Below, in pieces: positions 1 to 9,914 of a stretch of 64,000 nucleotides of DNA; position 1 is the stretch's first letter, and the number at the start of each line of letters is the position of its first letter. Made by a program: the position numbers and the translations under genes. Source of the DNA: a virus (lineage: Duplodnaviria > Caudoviricetes); the IMG/VR virus record IMGVR_UViG_3300010163_000006, positions 64,001 to 128,000 of that record. One strand, given 5' to 3'. The notes under the pieces are model-generated. The model worked only from the letters and a program-made list of their open reading frames with translations, searched no databases and had not been told where the DNA came from.

Positions 1-3000
1 AATAAGATTCTGGTAATAACAAATTCTGCTTTTCCTCATTCTGCAATGGTGAATGGATTGATGTTTGCAAGAATAACATCAACAAACTTCTCATACAATG
101 ATGCAGGGGCTTTGGAATATAATCATTACAAGATCAGATTCAATAATGCGGAAAAATGTATACTTCCTTTTGGGGCAAGTTCATCTTCCAATGAAGTATA
201 TGCAGACAGATGGATACGGACAACAACGCCACCTACGATTATGCTCCTTGATACAAATACGGGAAAATATACAATAACCAGAGAACTTGAATTCGCCGAG
301 AATGTGACCAATGTTGTTTATTATTATCCATTGGCAGAAACATTACAACCGTTGGAATTAACTGATTTGGAGAATGGAAGATACGAACTTCAAGCAGTAA
401 ACGATGATGGTTTCATAGGTTATCCGTTATTCTGGTTCACATGTGACCAAACAAATGTCGGTTCAAATTTGACATTTGAGAACAACATCAATTCCAGAAA
501 TGAACAGATCTTCTTCATATCCAATGCAGGTGATACATCACCTTTTAATGCTAAGATATATACTGGTGTGGATGGTAATTTAGATGCCACACCTGATGGA
601 CAATTATCTATTAATTACAAGATCAGGTGTTCGTGTAAATCTGACGAAGTGTTTACCAATACTTCATCTGACTTTAATAAAGCAATCGACCCTGCATCAA
701 TCAAGCTGATTAATAATGTGGAACAAACTGAACACAGTGTTCCATTTATATGTAATGACAGCGATATCATAACTATGTCATCTGATATACCATGGGTATA
801 TGTAGATGATCATACATATGAAATTGAAATGTCTTACTTTGATCAGAACTGCATTAATGTCGTAACAACGTCCACGCCATTGATTTCAATATTCGATGTT
901 CATTTCGATGAGTCTATTCCTTTCGTCAAGAAATCCTCGGATGCTGGAATCGCCGGTGTAAGAATGAGTGCATCCAATCCGACATCAGACGTACATGAAA
1001 GATATCCTTACAATATCAACAAGTGGAAAGGTTTGCCTGAATGGATGAACAATCTTGATGAAGGTATGGTACCAGAGCATCTTATTATGTATGCATTTCA
1101 TCAACCGCCAACATATGATTCGGAACATCCTGAAACAATGCAGGGTGCTGGATTGATACTGGATCCTGGTAAACATACTACTGGTGATGATGCATTTGAT
1201 GAACTGGGAAATCCGATCGTTACTGCCGATAATGTAGGTAGAGTATATGTGTTGTCTAATGATGACATCGAATACAAAAATAATGCAAATGAATATTATC
1301 CCAAGCCCGCAAGAACGGCCGCACGAATATGTGATATCCCGACATCAGTAATGCAACTCACCGGCGTTAAAGGATTATCACCGGAACCTATTGTCGATAA
1401 AAGATATGTCAGATCAGAAGCAAGTTATACCAATGCCGATAAGAATAAATTATATAATGAATTGACATCCAGATGGGTGCGTCCAACGGCATTAACCAAA
1501 AACAATAAACCTGTTTGGGAAGAAATGGGATTCCCAAATAAGTTTGCTTTTGAGACACTTGAAACGTTAGAGAATGTTGATATGTATGATCACAATAACT
1601 TCCGTTATTGGGATAATTTAAATCCAATGGTCGATGTATCCAAAATTTCGGTTGAGAAAATAACCAATGGTGGATCCGGTTATAAGAAAAATGACATGGG
1701 TGTTTGCGTTGTTGGCGGATATTCATTCACATACATCGTTGATGATGTTACTGACGATGGTGCTGTAACAAAGATCTATTTATCTCCGGACGATAGAGCC
1801 GCTAATATCAACCTCAGCAATTTCAATATATCTGAAGAATACAACGGTAGCTCTGACGAATATGGAACATCTCCTACATCAGGAAAAGGTAAAGGATTAA
1901 AGTTTACATTCCGTATTAATTACGATTACTATCATTCTATACTCCCGAAAAGAGGAGAGTTCTATCCTGATCTGTTTGCATTAGTCAGAGAACGAAATGG
2001 CTTATATGTTTACAATTACAGAATCGATGAATCATCTGAAGCATCTCCCAAGCCAGGTAAATGGGAAAAAGGAATGATGTTATCAGAATATGAGGTAACA
2101 TCATTTGACAAGAAAATCGGTGGTGTTGCAACACAGGAATCATATATCAATTCCATAATTCCATCCGTCAGAGATCTTCCTATTGCAATGAAAAATAACA
2201 ATACTGATCCTACTTCACTCGTAGTATTACAGACTGCTTCATTTATCAATATCATAGACAAACGATATACTCCCGTTGTACCTGATATGAGCTCTGATGA
2301 TATGATAGAGAACAACGTTGTTGATATGTGTAAATTCTGTTGTGATGGTGTATTGGAAGCAATGGCCGAAGAAAAATCTGTTGAAGGTGTCCGTAAAAAG
2401 CTTAATGAATTAAATGTTTTGAGATTTGATTCATATGTAATCTGGAGATGGAAATCAACGGATGACCGTAACAAAATGTTTGAATACGGTATCATATATC
2501 GTGGCTTCAGCAATCTATTCACGACTGATGAAATCACGATGTTACCTACGAACAAGCTGGTGTGTGACAATTATGTTCATACAAATGCCAATACAACAGT
2601 CGTATGGAATGATGTTCCCGGAATAGGTGTAATGATGTGGGTATATGATCCTTCATATAACAAAAAAGAAAACTATTACATTGACCCAGAAACAATGGAT
2701 CTGCATATCACACGTGATGATATGACATATGAGAGTATCGATATTCGTCAATCATCAGATGGAACAGTTATCAAGATCGTCGAAGATGGTGTATACAAAT
2801 TCAATGTAATGACAAACAATCCAATGTCCGTTGAAGATCCTGGTACATTATCTCCAATATATCAACAACCGGAAATGACACAACTTGACGATGTTCGGGT
2901 TGGTAAAACTGTTGGAGAAACGGTTAAAGAACATATGCCATGCGGAAACTGGAGACTCGTATTCCCAAGAGTTAATTCATTCACTCTTAAGAATGATAAA

Positions 3001-3186
3001 ACCAATACACAATGGATTCCTAAAAAGATGCAAGTCATCAAAGGTAGATTCGTTGGTGATATTGGTAGTGTATATGACTCCGAAGGAAATGATGTTTCTA
3101 TGAAGAGTATCATAATGGATGAGACAGATGATGGTGCTCGTCTAAGGATATTCAATTCAACTACCAAAACATGGGATGAAATATAG
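1..3186 (+). CDS. Large probable virion structural protein, 5'-truncated by the window edge
   Basis: The frame is open from base 1 (ORF track starts at ATG 46). >1046 aa, N/D/T/Y-rich, no enzyme motif recognised; followed by a terminator hairpin. Confidence 0.45.
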   Translation, partial: NKILVITNSAFPHSAMVNGLMFARITSTNFSYNDAGALEYNHYKIRFNNAEKCILPFGASSSSNEVYADRWIRTTTPPTIMLLDTNTGKYTITRELEFAENVTNVVYYYPLAETLQPLELTDLENGRYELQAVNDDGFIGYPLFWFTCDQTNVGSNLTFENNINSRNEQIFFISNAGDTSPFNAKIYTGVDGNLDATPDGQLSINYKIRCSCKSDEVFTNTSSDFNKAIDPASIKLINNVEQTEHSVPFICNDSDIITMSSDIPWVYVDDHTYEIEMSYFDQNCINVVTTSTPLISIFDVHFDESIPFVKKSSDAGIAGVRMSASNPTSDVHERYPYNINKWKGLPEWMNNLDEGMVPEHLIMYAFHQPPTYDSEHPETMQGAGLILDPGKHTTGDDAFDELGNPIVTADNVGRVYVLSNDDIEYKNNANEYYPKPARTAARICDIPTSVMQLTGVKGLSPEPIVDKRYVRSEASYTNADKNKLYNELTSRWVRPTALTKNNKPVWEEMGFPNKFAFETLETLENVDMYDHNNFRYWDNLNPMVDVSKISVEKITNGGSGYKKNDMGVCVVGGYSFTYIVDDVTDDGAVTKIYLSPDDRAANINLSNFNISEEYNGSSDEYGTSPTSGKGKGLKFTFRINYDYYHSILPKRGEFYPDLFALVRERNGLYVYNYRIDESSEASPKPGKWEKGMMLSEYEVTSFDKKIGGVATQESYINSIIPSVRDLPIAMKNNNTDPTSLVVLQTASFINIIDKRYTPVVPDMSSDDMIENNVVDMCKFCCDGVLEAMAEEKSVEGVRKKLNELNVLRFDSYVIWRWKSTDDRNKMFEYGIIYRGFSNLFTTDEITMLPTNKLVCDNYVHTNANTTVVWNDVPGIGVMMWVYDPSYNKKENYYIDPETMDLHITRDDMTYESIDIRQSSDGTVIKIVEDGVYKFNVMTNNPMSVEDPGTLSPIYQQPEMTQLDDVRVGKTVGETVKEHMPCGNWRLVFPRVNSFTLKNDKTNTQWIPKKMQVIKGRFVGDIGSVYDSEGNDVSMKSIIMDETDDGARLRIFNSTTKTWDEI

Positions 3187-3195
3187 AAAAAATAA

Positions 3196-3220
3196 ACATG
3201 GGGGCCGTTGCCCCCATGTT
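3196..3220. terminator. Intrinsic terminator hairpin between convergent genes
   Basis: acatgggggc-cgtt-gcccccatgt inverted repeat with an A-tract on the left. Confidence 0.75.
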
Positions 3221-3227
3221 TAAATTC

Positions 3228-3392
3228 TTATTCATTCTCTGTGTTGAGTTCAGGGAAATCGAAATCGTCATCAATGTAATCAACGTCACAATCATCCTCA
3301 TCGCAATTGAGTATGGAAACTACGATAAGTACAAATGAACATATTGCCGTTATACATGTGATAACACCCACAACCTGAAGAAACTTCTTCAT
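3228..3392 (-). CDS. Small membrane protein with acidic tail
   Basis: RBS AAGGAGGT before ATG at 3392; MKKFLQVVGVITCITAICSFVLIVVSIL hydrophobic helix, then a D/E-rich tail. Confidence 0.6.
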   Translation of the reverse strand: MKKFLQVVGVITCITAICSFVLIVVSILNCDEDDCDVDYIDDDFDFPELNTENE

Positions 3393-3411
3393 TATGTTAT
3401 ACCTCCTTTCC

Positions 3412-3954
3412 TTAATATCCTTCATGTATCTCCAATGAATCATCATTAGATACCCAATGATCAGTATCAATCTGGATCGATCCAGATGAGGATGCAACGA
3501 TTACATATTTGATACCCGCATTAATTATGCATCGTTTACACATTGCACATGGCTGCGCATTCTTTGTAAACGAACCATCATTTTCAATACCGGCCAAATA
3601 CATTACTGATCCGGTCATTTCTTCTTTGGATGCATTTATGATTGCATTCATTTCGGCATGAACCGAACGACACAATTCATATCGTTCGCCCGGTTTGATA
3701 CCTTTCTCATTACGAAGACAAACGCCTCTATCGCAACAGTTGACTCTACCACGAGGAGCCCCAACATAACCCGTCGAGACAACTCTGTCGTCCTTAACGA
3801 TTACAGCACCAAACCTCCTCCTCAAGCAGGTACCACGTTCAGCCACAACAGCCGCCATTTTGAGATAATAATCGATCTTGGAAAGCCTCTTTGGCTTATT
3901 AGAATCGGCATCCCTCGGACCTTTGACATTCATTTCAACTTTACTGTCTTTCAT
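3412..3954 (-). CDS. dCMP deaminase (ComEB/cytidine deaminase family)
   Basis: Zinc-deaminase motifs HAEMNA and PCAMC; N-terminal CLRRRFGAVIV and STGYVGAP. Confidence 0.92.
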   Translation of the reverse strand: MKDSKVEMNVKGPRDADSNKPKRLSKIDYYLKMAAVVAERGTCLRRRFGAVIVKDDRVVSTGYVGAPRGRVNCCDRGVCLRNEKGIKPGERYELCRSVHAEMNAIINASKEEMTGSVMYLAGIENDGSFTKNAQPCAMCKRCIINAGIKYVIVASSSGSIQIDTDHWVSNDDSLEIHEGY

Positions 3955-3956
3955 TT

Positions 3957-4904
3957 TTAAACCTTCCTTTCTATTATACGATGAATATCCAACTCATCAG
4001 GTTTAACCCCATAATCATGAGCAGAGATATTCTCGTAAATATCGATTCGTTTGAATAGATACCTGTATTTGTTATCTATCCATATCTTGTTTGTAGGAAC
4101 ATCTGAATCCTTGAATATCTTAACAGAAACACCAGTTCCAAAGATACCACGAGATATCATATATTCCATTCCTTTGATGTAATTCTTTCCGGTAGTAGCA
4201 ATGTAAATATTGTTCTCACAACCATGATAGTTGTAGTATAACCCTATCACATCCATAACTCCCTCGGCAATAACAACATTGATAGGTTGATATAGATCAA
4301 TGGGCAACGCAAGTTTATATAATCCATAATGTTTAATTCTGGAAGATTTATACTTACGCCATCGAATATCATTGTTGTCATCCTTCCATCTACCGATTAT
4401 ATTACCATTCGTCATCTGAAACCAATATCGGTCATGGATAACACCAATATCATCAATCCCAAGGTACTTTGTAACATACCCATGAGGATCACCAACATAG
4501 TTGAATATCTGTAGATCAGCCAATGTAGGACGTACACCAACACGTGATTCAATATAAGATACAACCTTACTGATGTCATCACGTTCATTTACATTCACCA
4601 ACGGTATCTTTGATGATACCTTTCCATCGGTGTTCAACTTAGTATACCCATTGAACTTCGGTATTGATATATCATCAAGACCTATGCCCTCGATAAACTT
4701 CTGACCAACTATTCCGGAAGAATTACATTTAAAACAATTGAACATTACCGGTTCATCTGAGTTGATATCTATCTTGACATAACAGTGCCATTTTCTGTCG
4801 CCGCAAATAGGACACTCTTTCAATCTGTATTGCACATTGGAAACGCGTTTGAACAGTCCGGAGTTCAATAAACTTTCTTTGAACATGTAGATCTTCTTGT
4901 CCAT
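3957..4904 (-). CDS. DNA primase (zinc finger + TOPRIM)
   Basis: N-terminal CPICGD...CFKC zinc ribbon; TOPRIM-like IAEGVMD and FKDSD. Confidence 0.75.
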   Translation of the reverse strand: MDKKIYMFKESLLNSGLFKRVSNVQYRLKECPICGDRKWHCYVKIDINSDEPVMFNCFKCNSSGIVGQKFIEGIGLDDISIPKFNGYTKLNTDGKVSSKIPLVNVNERDDISKVVSYIESRVGVRPTLADLQIFNYVGDPHGYVTKYLGIDDIGVIHDRYWFQMTNGNIIGRWKDDNNDIRWRKYKSSRIKHYGLYKLALPIDLYQPINVVIAEGVMDVIGLYYNYHGCENNIYIATTGKNYIKGMEYMISRGIFGTGVSVKIFKDSDVPTNKIWIDNKYRYLFKRIDIYENISAHDYGVKPDELDIHRIIERKV

Positions 4905-5050
4905 AGTTCCTTCCTCACCATCTTTCCCTTTCTATTCTTCTTTCTTTTAATCTATTTTTACAAGATATTGATAATATGATAAATAAGTTCATTATCTATT
5001 ACCCACGTCAATATTATTATATATAGATTTAGAAAAAGAAAAAATAGAAA

Positions 5051-5488
5051 TTAAGATGATTCATCCATGATGTTTTTGAGATGTTGTATTCTTCTTGCAT
5101 TCCAAGATTTCATCACCCAGGGAAGCAGTAAGTCATACCAGTTGTTTATCTCCCTATTAAGATATGAACCATCATCAGGTACATTATCAGATTCAAAGGT
5201 GAAATAGTCTGTTTGGTATTGTTTCTCCTCATTGAATACAGAAAACACACGTGAGTTCCTGAAAGTAATGAGTTTGTTTTTAGGAAACTTATTCTTGATG
5301 AAAATGGAATCCCTTGCACCAAAACCAACCTTGAATACGGAAGGTGTGCAATTGATGATTTCTTCTACTTCGAGAATGGAATAGTACTCTTTCCCTACGC
5401 ATAAATACACCGGAATTATTATTCCATCCGTACCATCGAGTTCGTCTATGATCTTTTTGATCAATTCCTTGTCTTCGATATTGAACAT
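5051..5488 (-). CDS. Hypothetical protein
   Basis: 145-aa ORF with GGAGG RBS. Confidence 0.6.
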   Translation of the reverse strand: MFNIEDKELIKKIIDELDGTDGIIIPVYLCVGKEYYSILEVEEIINCTPSVFKVGFGARDSIFIKNKFPKNKLITFRNSRVFSVFNEEKQYQTDYFTFESDNVPDDGSYLNREINNWYDLLLPWVMKSWNARRIQHLKNIMDESS

Positions 5489-5586
5489 AAAATCAAACCT
5501 CCATAAATATATTTTTAATTTGGAATGAAAGACACGGTAAAATTGTCTTTAGAAATTGTTATTTAAAAGAAAGGAGACTATATAAA

Positions 5587-5862
5587 ATGTATATGTACGG
5601 AGATTTCCAAGAAAATAAAGAAATCAAACTTTCACTTGGTTCTATCAAATATCTTACAAGACAGCTACATGATTTCGTTCGAACTTATGAAAAGGATATA
5701 CTAATTACTGATCCAGAAATCAAAGCTAAGTTTGAAAAATTAAAAGAGATATCTGAATTGTTAGATAGACAAAGATATGACGTACTAATATCAGATCCAT
5801 CTTACGTTATCGATTTTAATGATGATAACGAAGATTATCTTCCATCTTATTATCCTATATAA
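5587..5862 (+). CDS. Hypothetical protein
   Basis: 91-aa ORF with AAGGAG RBS; hairpin at 5868-5893 follows. Confidence 0.6.
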   Translation: MYMYGDFQENKEIKLSLGSIKYLTRQLHDFVRTYEKDILITDPEIKAKFEKLKEISELLDRQRYDVLISDPSYVIDFNDDNEDYLPSYYPI

Positions 5863-5959
5863 ATTGACAACGGGGGGTATTTACCCCCCCCGTTATATTT
5901 TTTCTTGGATTCATCCATCGGGACGTAATATTAACCTTTTAAGGAAGGAGGTTTTTGAA

Positions 5960-6295
5960 TTGAATGAAAATGTCGACATGTTAAATGATGAACAGATTTT
6001 TTCTGATGTAGTCGCTTTAATGGAGAAACTTCAGAAAAATCAGGAACTTCAGGATCTTGCAGAAAGAAACGGTCTTGATGTCAAGAACAGTATCCGTCTC
6101 AATAAGACAACACAAGACAATGTTGCAATTGCTACCGTAGCATTGCTGCTTGCTCGTAGAGCGGGGGATCCTAAATATAGGACTCTCACACAAACAGGAC
6201 TTCAGAAGAGAAGACTTAAGGCGGAAATCATTAACGAGTACAAGGGACTCGCTAATCAATTGATACAAAAGTATCGGGGTTCAAAAACCGTTTAA
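5960..6295 (+). CDS. Hypothetical protein
   Basis: AAGGAGGT RBS before a TTG start at 5960, in frame with track ORF 5819-6295. Confidence 0.55.
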   Translation: MNENVDMLNDEQIFSDVVALMEKLQKNQELQDLAERNGLDVKNSIRLNKTTQDNVAIATVALLLARRAGDPKYRTLTQTGLQKRRLKAEIINEYKGLANQLIQKYRGSKTV

Positions 6296-6403
6296 TCCCG
6301 ATATAATAAGCACAACTTTGTAATTTACACAGTAACCAATATTAGGGGGCTCTTATTGTTTATTGATGTGAAAATCCATAATTCGAAAGGAAGTTATACA
6401 CAA

Positions 6404-7417
6404 ATGAAGGTATCAGATGTTTTGTTAGACCTTGCTACTGGTGATGCATCTAAGTACGATGCATATATTCAGGAAGCAGTTGGTCAGGTAAAAGTTTCTG
6501 CAGCTATATACGACGCCGCATATCAGATTGCGGCTCTCAACGATAAAGATCGTGAATCAATTGTTCAGGAGGCTGCGGCCGCAGGTCTTCCTTCTGACAG
6601 AGAACAGTCTATCGATCTTTTGTATGAGGCAACAAGTCGTGAGCTTATCGGTACCGTAAGAAACTTCTACGCTGAAATGGCAATGTTCCTTGAATCAGGA
6701 ACCAGCTCTACTTCACCTATCGCTGCTATCAATAGCATCGCAACAAAGTTCGGTGTTAAAAGCAGAACAAAAATGTCTCCGGATTATGCTGACGAAATCG
6801 CCGAAGCAATTCTTAAAAAGTCCGGTGAACTCAAGGACGGCGCAAAGTTCGTTAAGTCTAAGAAGGCACAGTCAGCTACTACAAACTATCTGAACGGCGT
6901 ATGTCTTCTCGCTAATACATTCGGTCTCAGCACCGAAAAAGTATGTGCGGATCCCATGTTCTCAACAGTAAACCGTGCTCCTCTGTCAACTAATTCAAAA
7001 CATGAAGACGGTGTAGCAGATCTTCCTGCAATGACTGCAACAATTAAGAATGTAAACACCCTTCTCTCAAAGGCATCCATCAAGGAAGCTGACTATACTA
7101 CAACTCCTACAGCTAAGGATGTTTCAATGTATCTCGCATGCGTATATGCAATCCTTGGTATGGCTCATGAATTTAAGATTGATTTGAAAGGTGAAGACGG
7201 CGGTTCTAAGATCGAGAAGTGCATCGAAAAGAAGCTGAGAAAGTGCAAGGACAGCAGAGCCTGCTCCGATGAAGTCAAGGAACTCAATGCGAAGGACAAA
7301 GAGACCGGTAAGAAGCCGATCGTCGAACTCAACGAGTCTCTTTCCAAGACGACCAAGAATCTCTTGGGTGCCTTCAATAATTCTGTATATTCTATCACTG
7401 AAGCTCTCTTCGGATAA
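6404..7417 (+). CDS. Probable virion (internal head) protein
   Basis: ATG 6404 after AAAGGAAG; alanine-rich helical protein with YIQEA and IVQEA motifs. Confidence 0.5.
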   Translation: MKVSDVLLDLATGDASKYDAYIQEAVGQVKVSAAIYDAAYQIAALNDKDRESIVQEAAAAGLPSDREQSIDLLYEATSRELIGTVRNFYAEMAMFLESGTSSTSPIAAINSIATKFGVKSRTKMSPDYADEIAEAILKKSGELKDGAKFVKSKKAQSATTNYLNGVCLLANTFGLSTEKVCADPMFSTVNRAPLSTNSKHEDGVADLPAMTATIKNVNTLLSKASIKEADYTTTPTAKDVSMYLACVYAILGMAHEFKIDLKGEDGGSKIEKCIEKKLRKCKDSRACSDEVKELNAKDKETGKKPIVELNESLSKTTKNLLGAFNNSVYSITEALFG

Positions 7418-7438
7418 TAAAACGGCGGCGGTTAAGAG

Positions 7439-7759
7439 GTGATACATGTGTTATTATCCCATAGAAAAGATTCGTTCACGGTTCCCCATTCGTCAATGTG
7501 CATTATACATACGAAAGGAATTATACATGATGGAGACACAGTTGAAGTAACATCTCCGGTATTTGCTTCGGTCAATTTCTCCTCAAGAGCGGTTAATATG
7601 AGTGATAGATTCAATGTCGTTGCCCGTATCTCAGCATCAGGCGGTAGCATAGAAAATAATCTTCCCGATGGAGAATTCAAGGGAACTTTGAAATGTGATG
7701 ATAATGATGTATTCCATATGTATGTCGAAATATACAATGAAAAGGAGATGATGATTTAA
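7439..7759 (+). CDS. Hypothetical protein
   Basis: 106-aa ORF whose stop overlaps the next start (TAATG). Confidence 0.55.
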   Translation: MIHVLLSHRKDSFTVPHSSMCIIHTKGIIHDGDTVEVTSPVFASVNFSSRAVNMSDRFNVVARISASGGSIENNLPDGEFKGTLKCDDNDVFHMYVEIYNEKEMMI

Positions 7760-8172
7760 TGACGTCGGATGAAATGACTCTACTACCCTCATTGTTAAAA
7801 TATATTGAGTCTGATTTGTTTACGTTCAAGAACATCTCTTCTTCTGTTTTATTGGAAGCGCCTACAAAAGATATATTAGGTAATGATGCCAAGTGGGAGG
7901 CGGTTGTTTCATACCTCCCACTTAAGTTCTATCGGATAATTAATTCGATAACAGACATGATTACTATAGAGGATTTCGATCCGAAATATATCAGGAATCC
8001 AAAGTTGTGTGCATATGAACGTTATGGATCCACTAACATGTGGAGACCATTAATGATACTGAATAGATGTCCTACTATAATGGATTTCAACTTCAAATTC
8101 ATACGTTACTACAACATTGAGAAGTTTTCCAATATATTATCAGTATTGATATCGAGGGTTCAGAGTGAGTAA
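7759..8172 (+). CDS. Putative baseplate wedge protein (T4 gp53/LysM-like)
   Basis: RNPKLCAYERYGSTNMWRPLMILN resembles the P..iA..yYG...lWw.i...N signature of gp53-like proteins. Confidence 0.55.
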   Translation: MTSDEMTLLPSLLKYIESDLFTFKNISSSVLLEAPTKDILGNDAKWEAVVSYLPLKFYRIINSITDMITIEDFDPKYIRNPKLCAYERYGSTNMWRPLMILNRCPTIMDFNFKFIRYYNIEKFSNILSVLISRVQSE

Positions 8173-9526
8173 CTATTCGGATACCCATCCTAACAAGGAT
8201 AATATCAATTATCTCAATGAGGGTAAAATAAACCATGGCGTACATGATCCAATGACGAGTTACCAATATAACGGATTATCTCCACGAGGACATGAACATG
8301 GTTATTCCTTATCACTTGCATGTCAGAGTGGTACGGATATGATGCATACTATCGGAAATGTAACTGCGGTTGCCTTACAATTTATACTTGATCTGTTTCC
8401 TTCAGATACATTTGCAACAGCATTTCCTTCAACTCAATTAGCACATAGACAACTGAGACATACACCTAAACAAATCCGTACACAACCGTATCCAATGTGT
8501 ATCGTTGCACCAAGAGTGTCTTTATCTGGTTTGGATAATAGATTGGCTGCTGGTTCGTTCGCAACAACAACTTGGTCCACCACGTCAAATCGTTTTCAGA
8601 ATCGCTCTGAGATGCCGGAGTTATTCTTCGACAAACAGAAGAAAATAATGTGGCGGGGAAAGATCAATCGTGTTGTTGTATACTTTGATTTTGTATTATC
8701 ATTTCAAAGTTATTCTGAACAACTCCGGTGGGCATCCTATCTGATCAATAAGATTCCAACAGATGGTGGATTCTTCGATATAGATACTGCCTTAGAGATG
8801 GCAATCCCTGATGGGTTCTTGGAAGAAACAGCACGGTATGCGGGTATACCTGTTAAAGATGAGAATGGAGATGTATCTGCGTTTGTGGACTATTTGAATA
8901 TGAATAGTACATTTCCTGTTTCGTACCGTTTTTCTTCAGGAAGACATACTGATGCATTCTATTCTTATTATATGGCCGCTCTGTTATGTAACATAGGAGA
9001 ATTAAACTACTCGAATGGAAGTAAGTCGAATAATCTCGTTGAATCGGATTATCCGATAACATTTACCATGAGATGTGAGTTTAATACAATAGGAATGTAT
9101 GATTTATGCGTTCCTAATCCTGGTCCTGTGCGGATACTCCAACCCAAGGAATATTCAATCGCAATTCCGATATTTTCTGATGTTTGGAATGAAAAGGATT
9201 TCCCTTTGATGTATGGCTGGAAAATACATGCACGACCAATCGTCAAAATGGACTGGGGAGAAAGAGAGATCTATATCGGTTCGACATTCGGTACAACCAT
9301 CAACAGAATGATTGATTATCATCTGGAACACCATTTGGATGTTGGACTGTTCATATCTGTTAAGCTTCGCGAAAACAGATGTTTAATAGATGATGGATAC
9401 TATATTGACTGGTCACGCCGGACATTGGTATTTGACAATATTAACTATGTTCATACATACCGTCTCATCATCGCGGTCAATAAACTGTATATTCAAAATA
9501 TGCTGAAAGACATGTATGAAAAATAA
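8165..9526 (+). CDS. Probable virion structural protein
   Basis: 453 aa, coupled to the baseplate-like gene, in a structural operon; no motif confidently assigned. Confidence 0.45.
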   Translation: MSNYSDTHPNKDNINYLNEGKINHGVHDPMTSYQYNGLSPRGHEHGYSLSLACQSGTDMMHTIGNVTAVALQFILDLFPSDTFATAFPSTQLAHRQLRHTPKQIRTQPYPMCIVAPRVSLSGLDNRLAAGSFATTTWSTTSNRFQNRSEMPELFFDKQKKIMWRGKINRVVVYFDFVLSFQSYSEQLRWASYLINKIPTDGGFFDIDTALEMAIPDGFLEETARYAGIPVKDENGDVSAFVDYLNMNSTFPVSYRFSSGRHTDAFYSYYMAALLCNIGELNYSNGSKSNNLVESDYPITFTMRCEFNTIGMYDLCVPNPGPVRILQPKEYSIAIPIFSDVWNEKDFPLMYGWKIHARPIVKMDWGEREIYIGSTFGTTINRMIDYHLEHHLDVGLFISVKLRENRCLIDDGYYIDWSRRTLVFDNINYVHTYRLIIAVNKLYIQNMLKDMYEK

Positions 9527-9547
9527 TATGTGAAGGAGATTTTAACA

Positions 9548-9820
9548 ATGGCTGATATCATTAAGAATGATTTTGATTTTGATTTTAGTTCAGACACATC
9601 GGCAGTGCAGGAAAGCTATGATGCTGCAAGCTCGGGATTCAAGGATCTTTTCGATGAGAAGTTTACATCTTTCAATCCTGAGGCAATTATATCCAGCGGC
9701 AATAACAAGCTTAACAGTGGCATGTTTGATATGGAGATCGAAAGTACGCCTGATATTTCATTCGGCTACAAGAAGAACGATACTCCGCTCGAACCCAGGA
9801 GACCCGGCAGATTCTTCTAA
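9548..9820 (+). CDS. Small acidic protein with AVQES motif
   Basis: AAGGAG RBS before ATG 9548. Confidence 0.55.
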   Translation: MADIIKNDFDFDFSSDTSAVQESYDAASSGFKDLFDEKFTSFNPEAIISSGNNKLNSGMFDMEIESTPDISFGYKKNDTPLEPRRPGRFF

Positions 9821-9855
9821 TCGGCGAGACAGTGCCGAAAACGTTACACCATAAA

Positions 9856-9891
9856 AAGGATGGCGGGGGATAATCCCCCGCCGAATCCTTT
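9856..9891 (+). terminator. Intrinsic terminator-like hairpin
   Basis: ggcgggggat-a-atcccccgcc stem. Confidence 0.65.
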
Positions 9892-9914
9892 CATTAAGGA
9901 GTTGAAATGTTTAA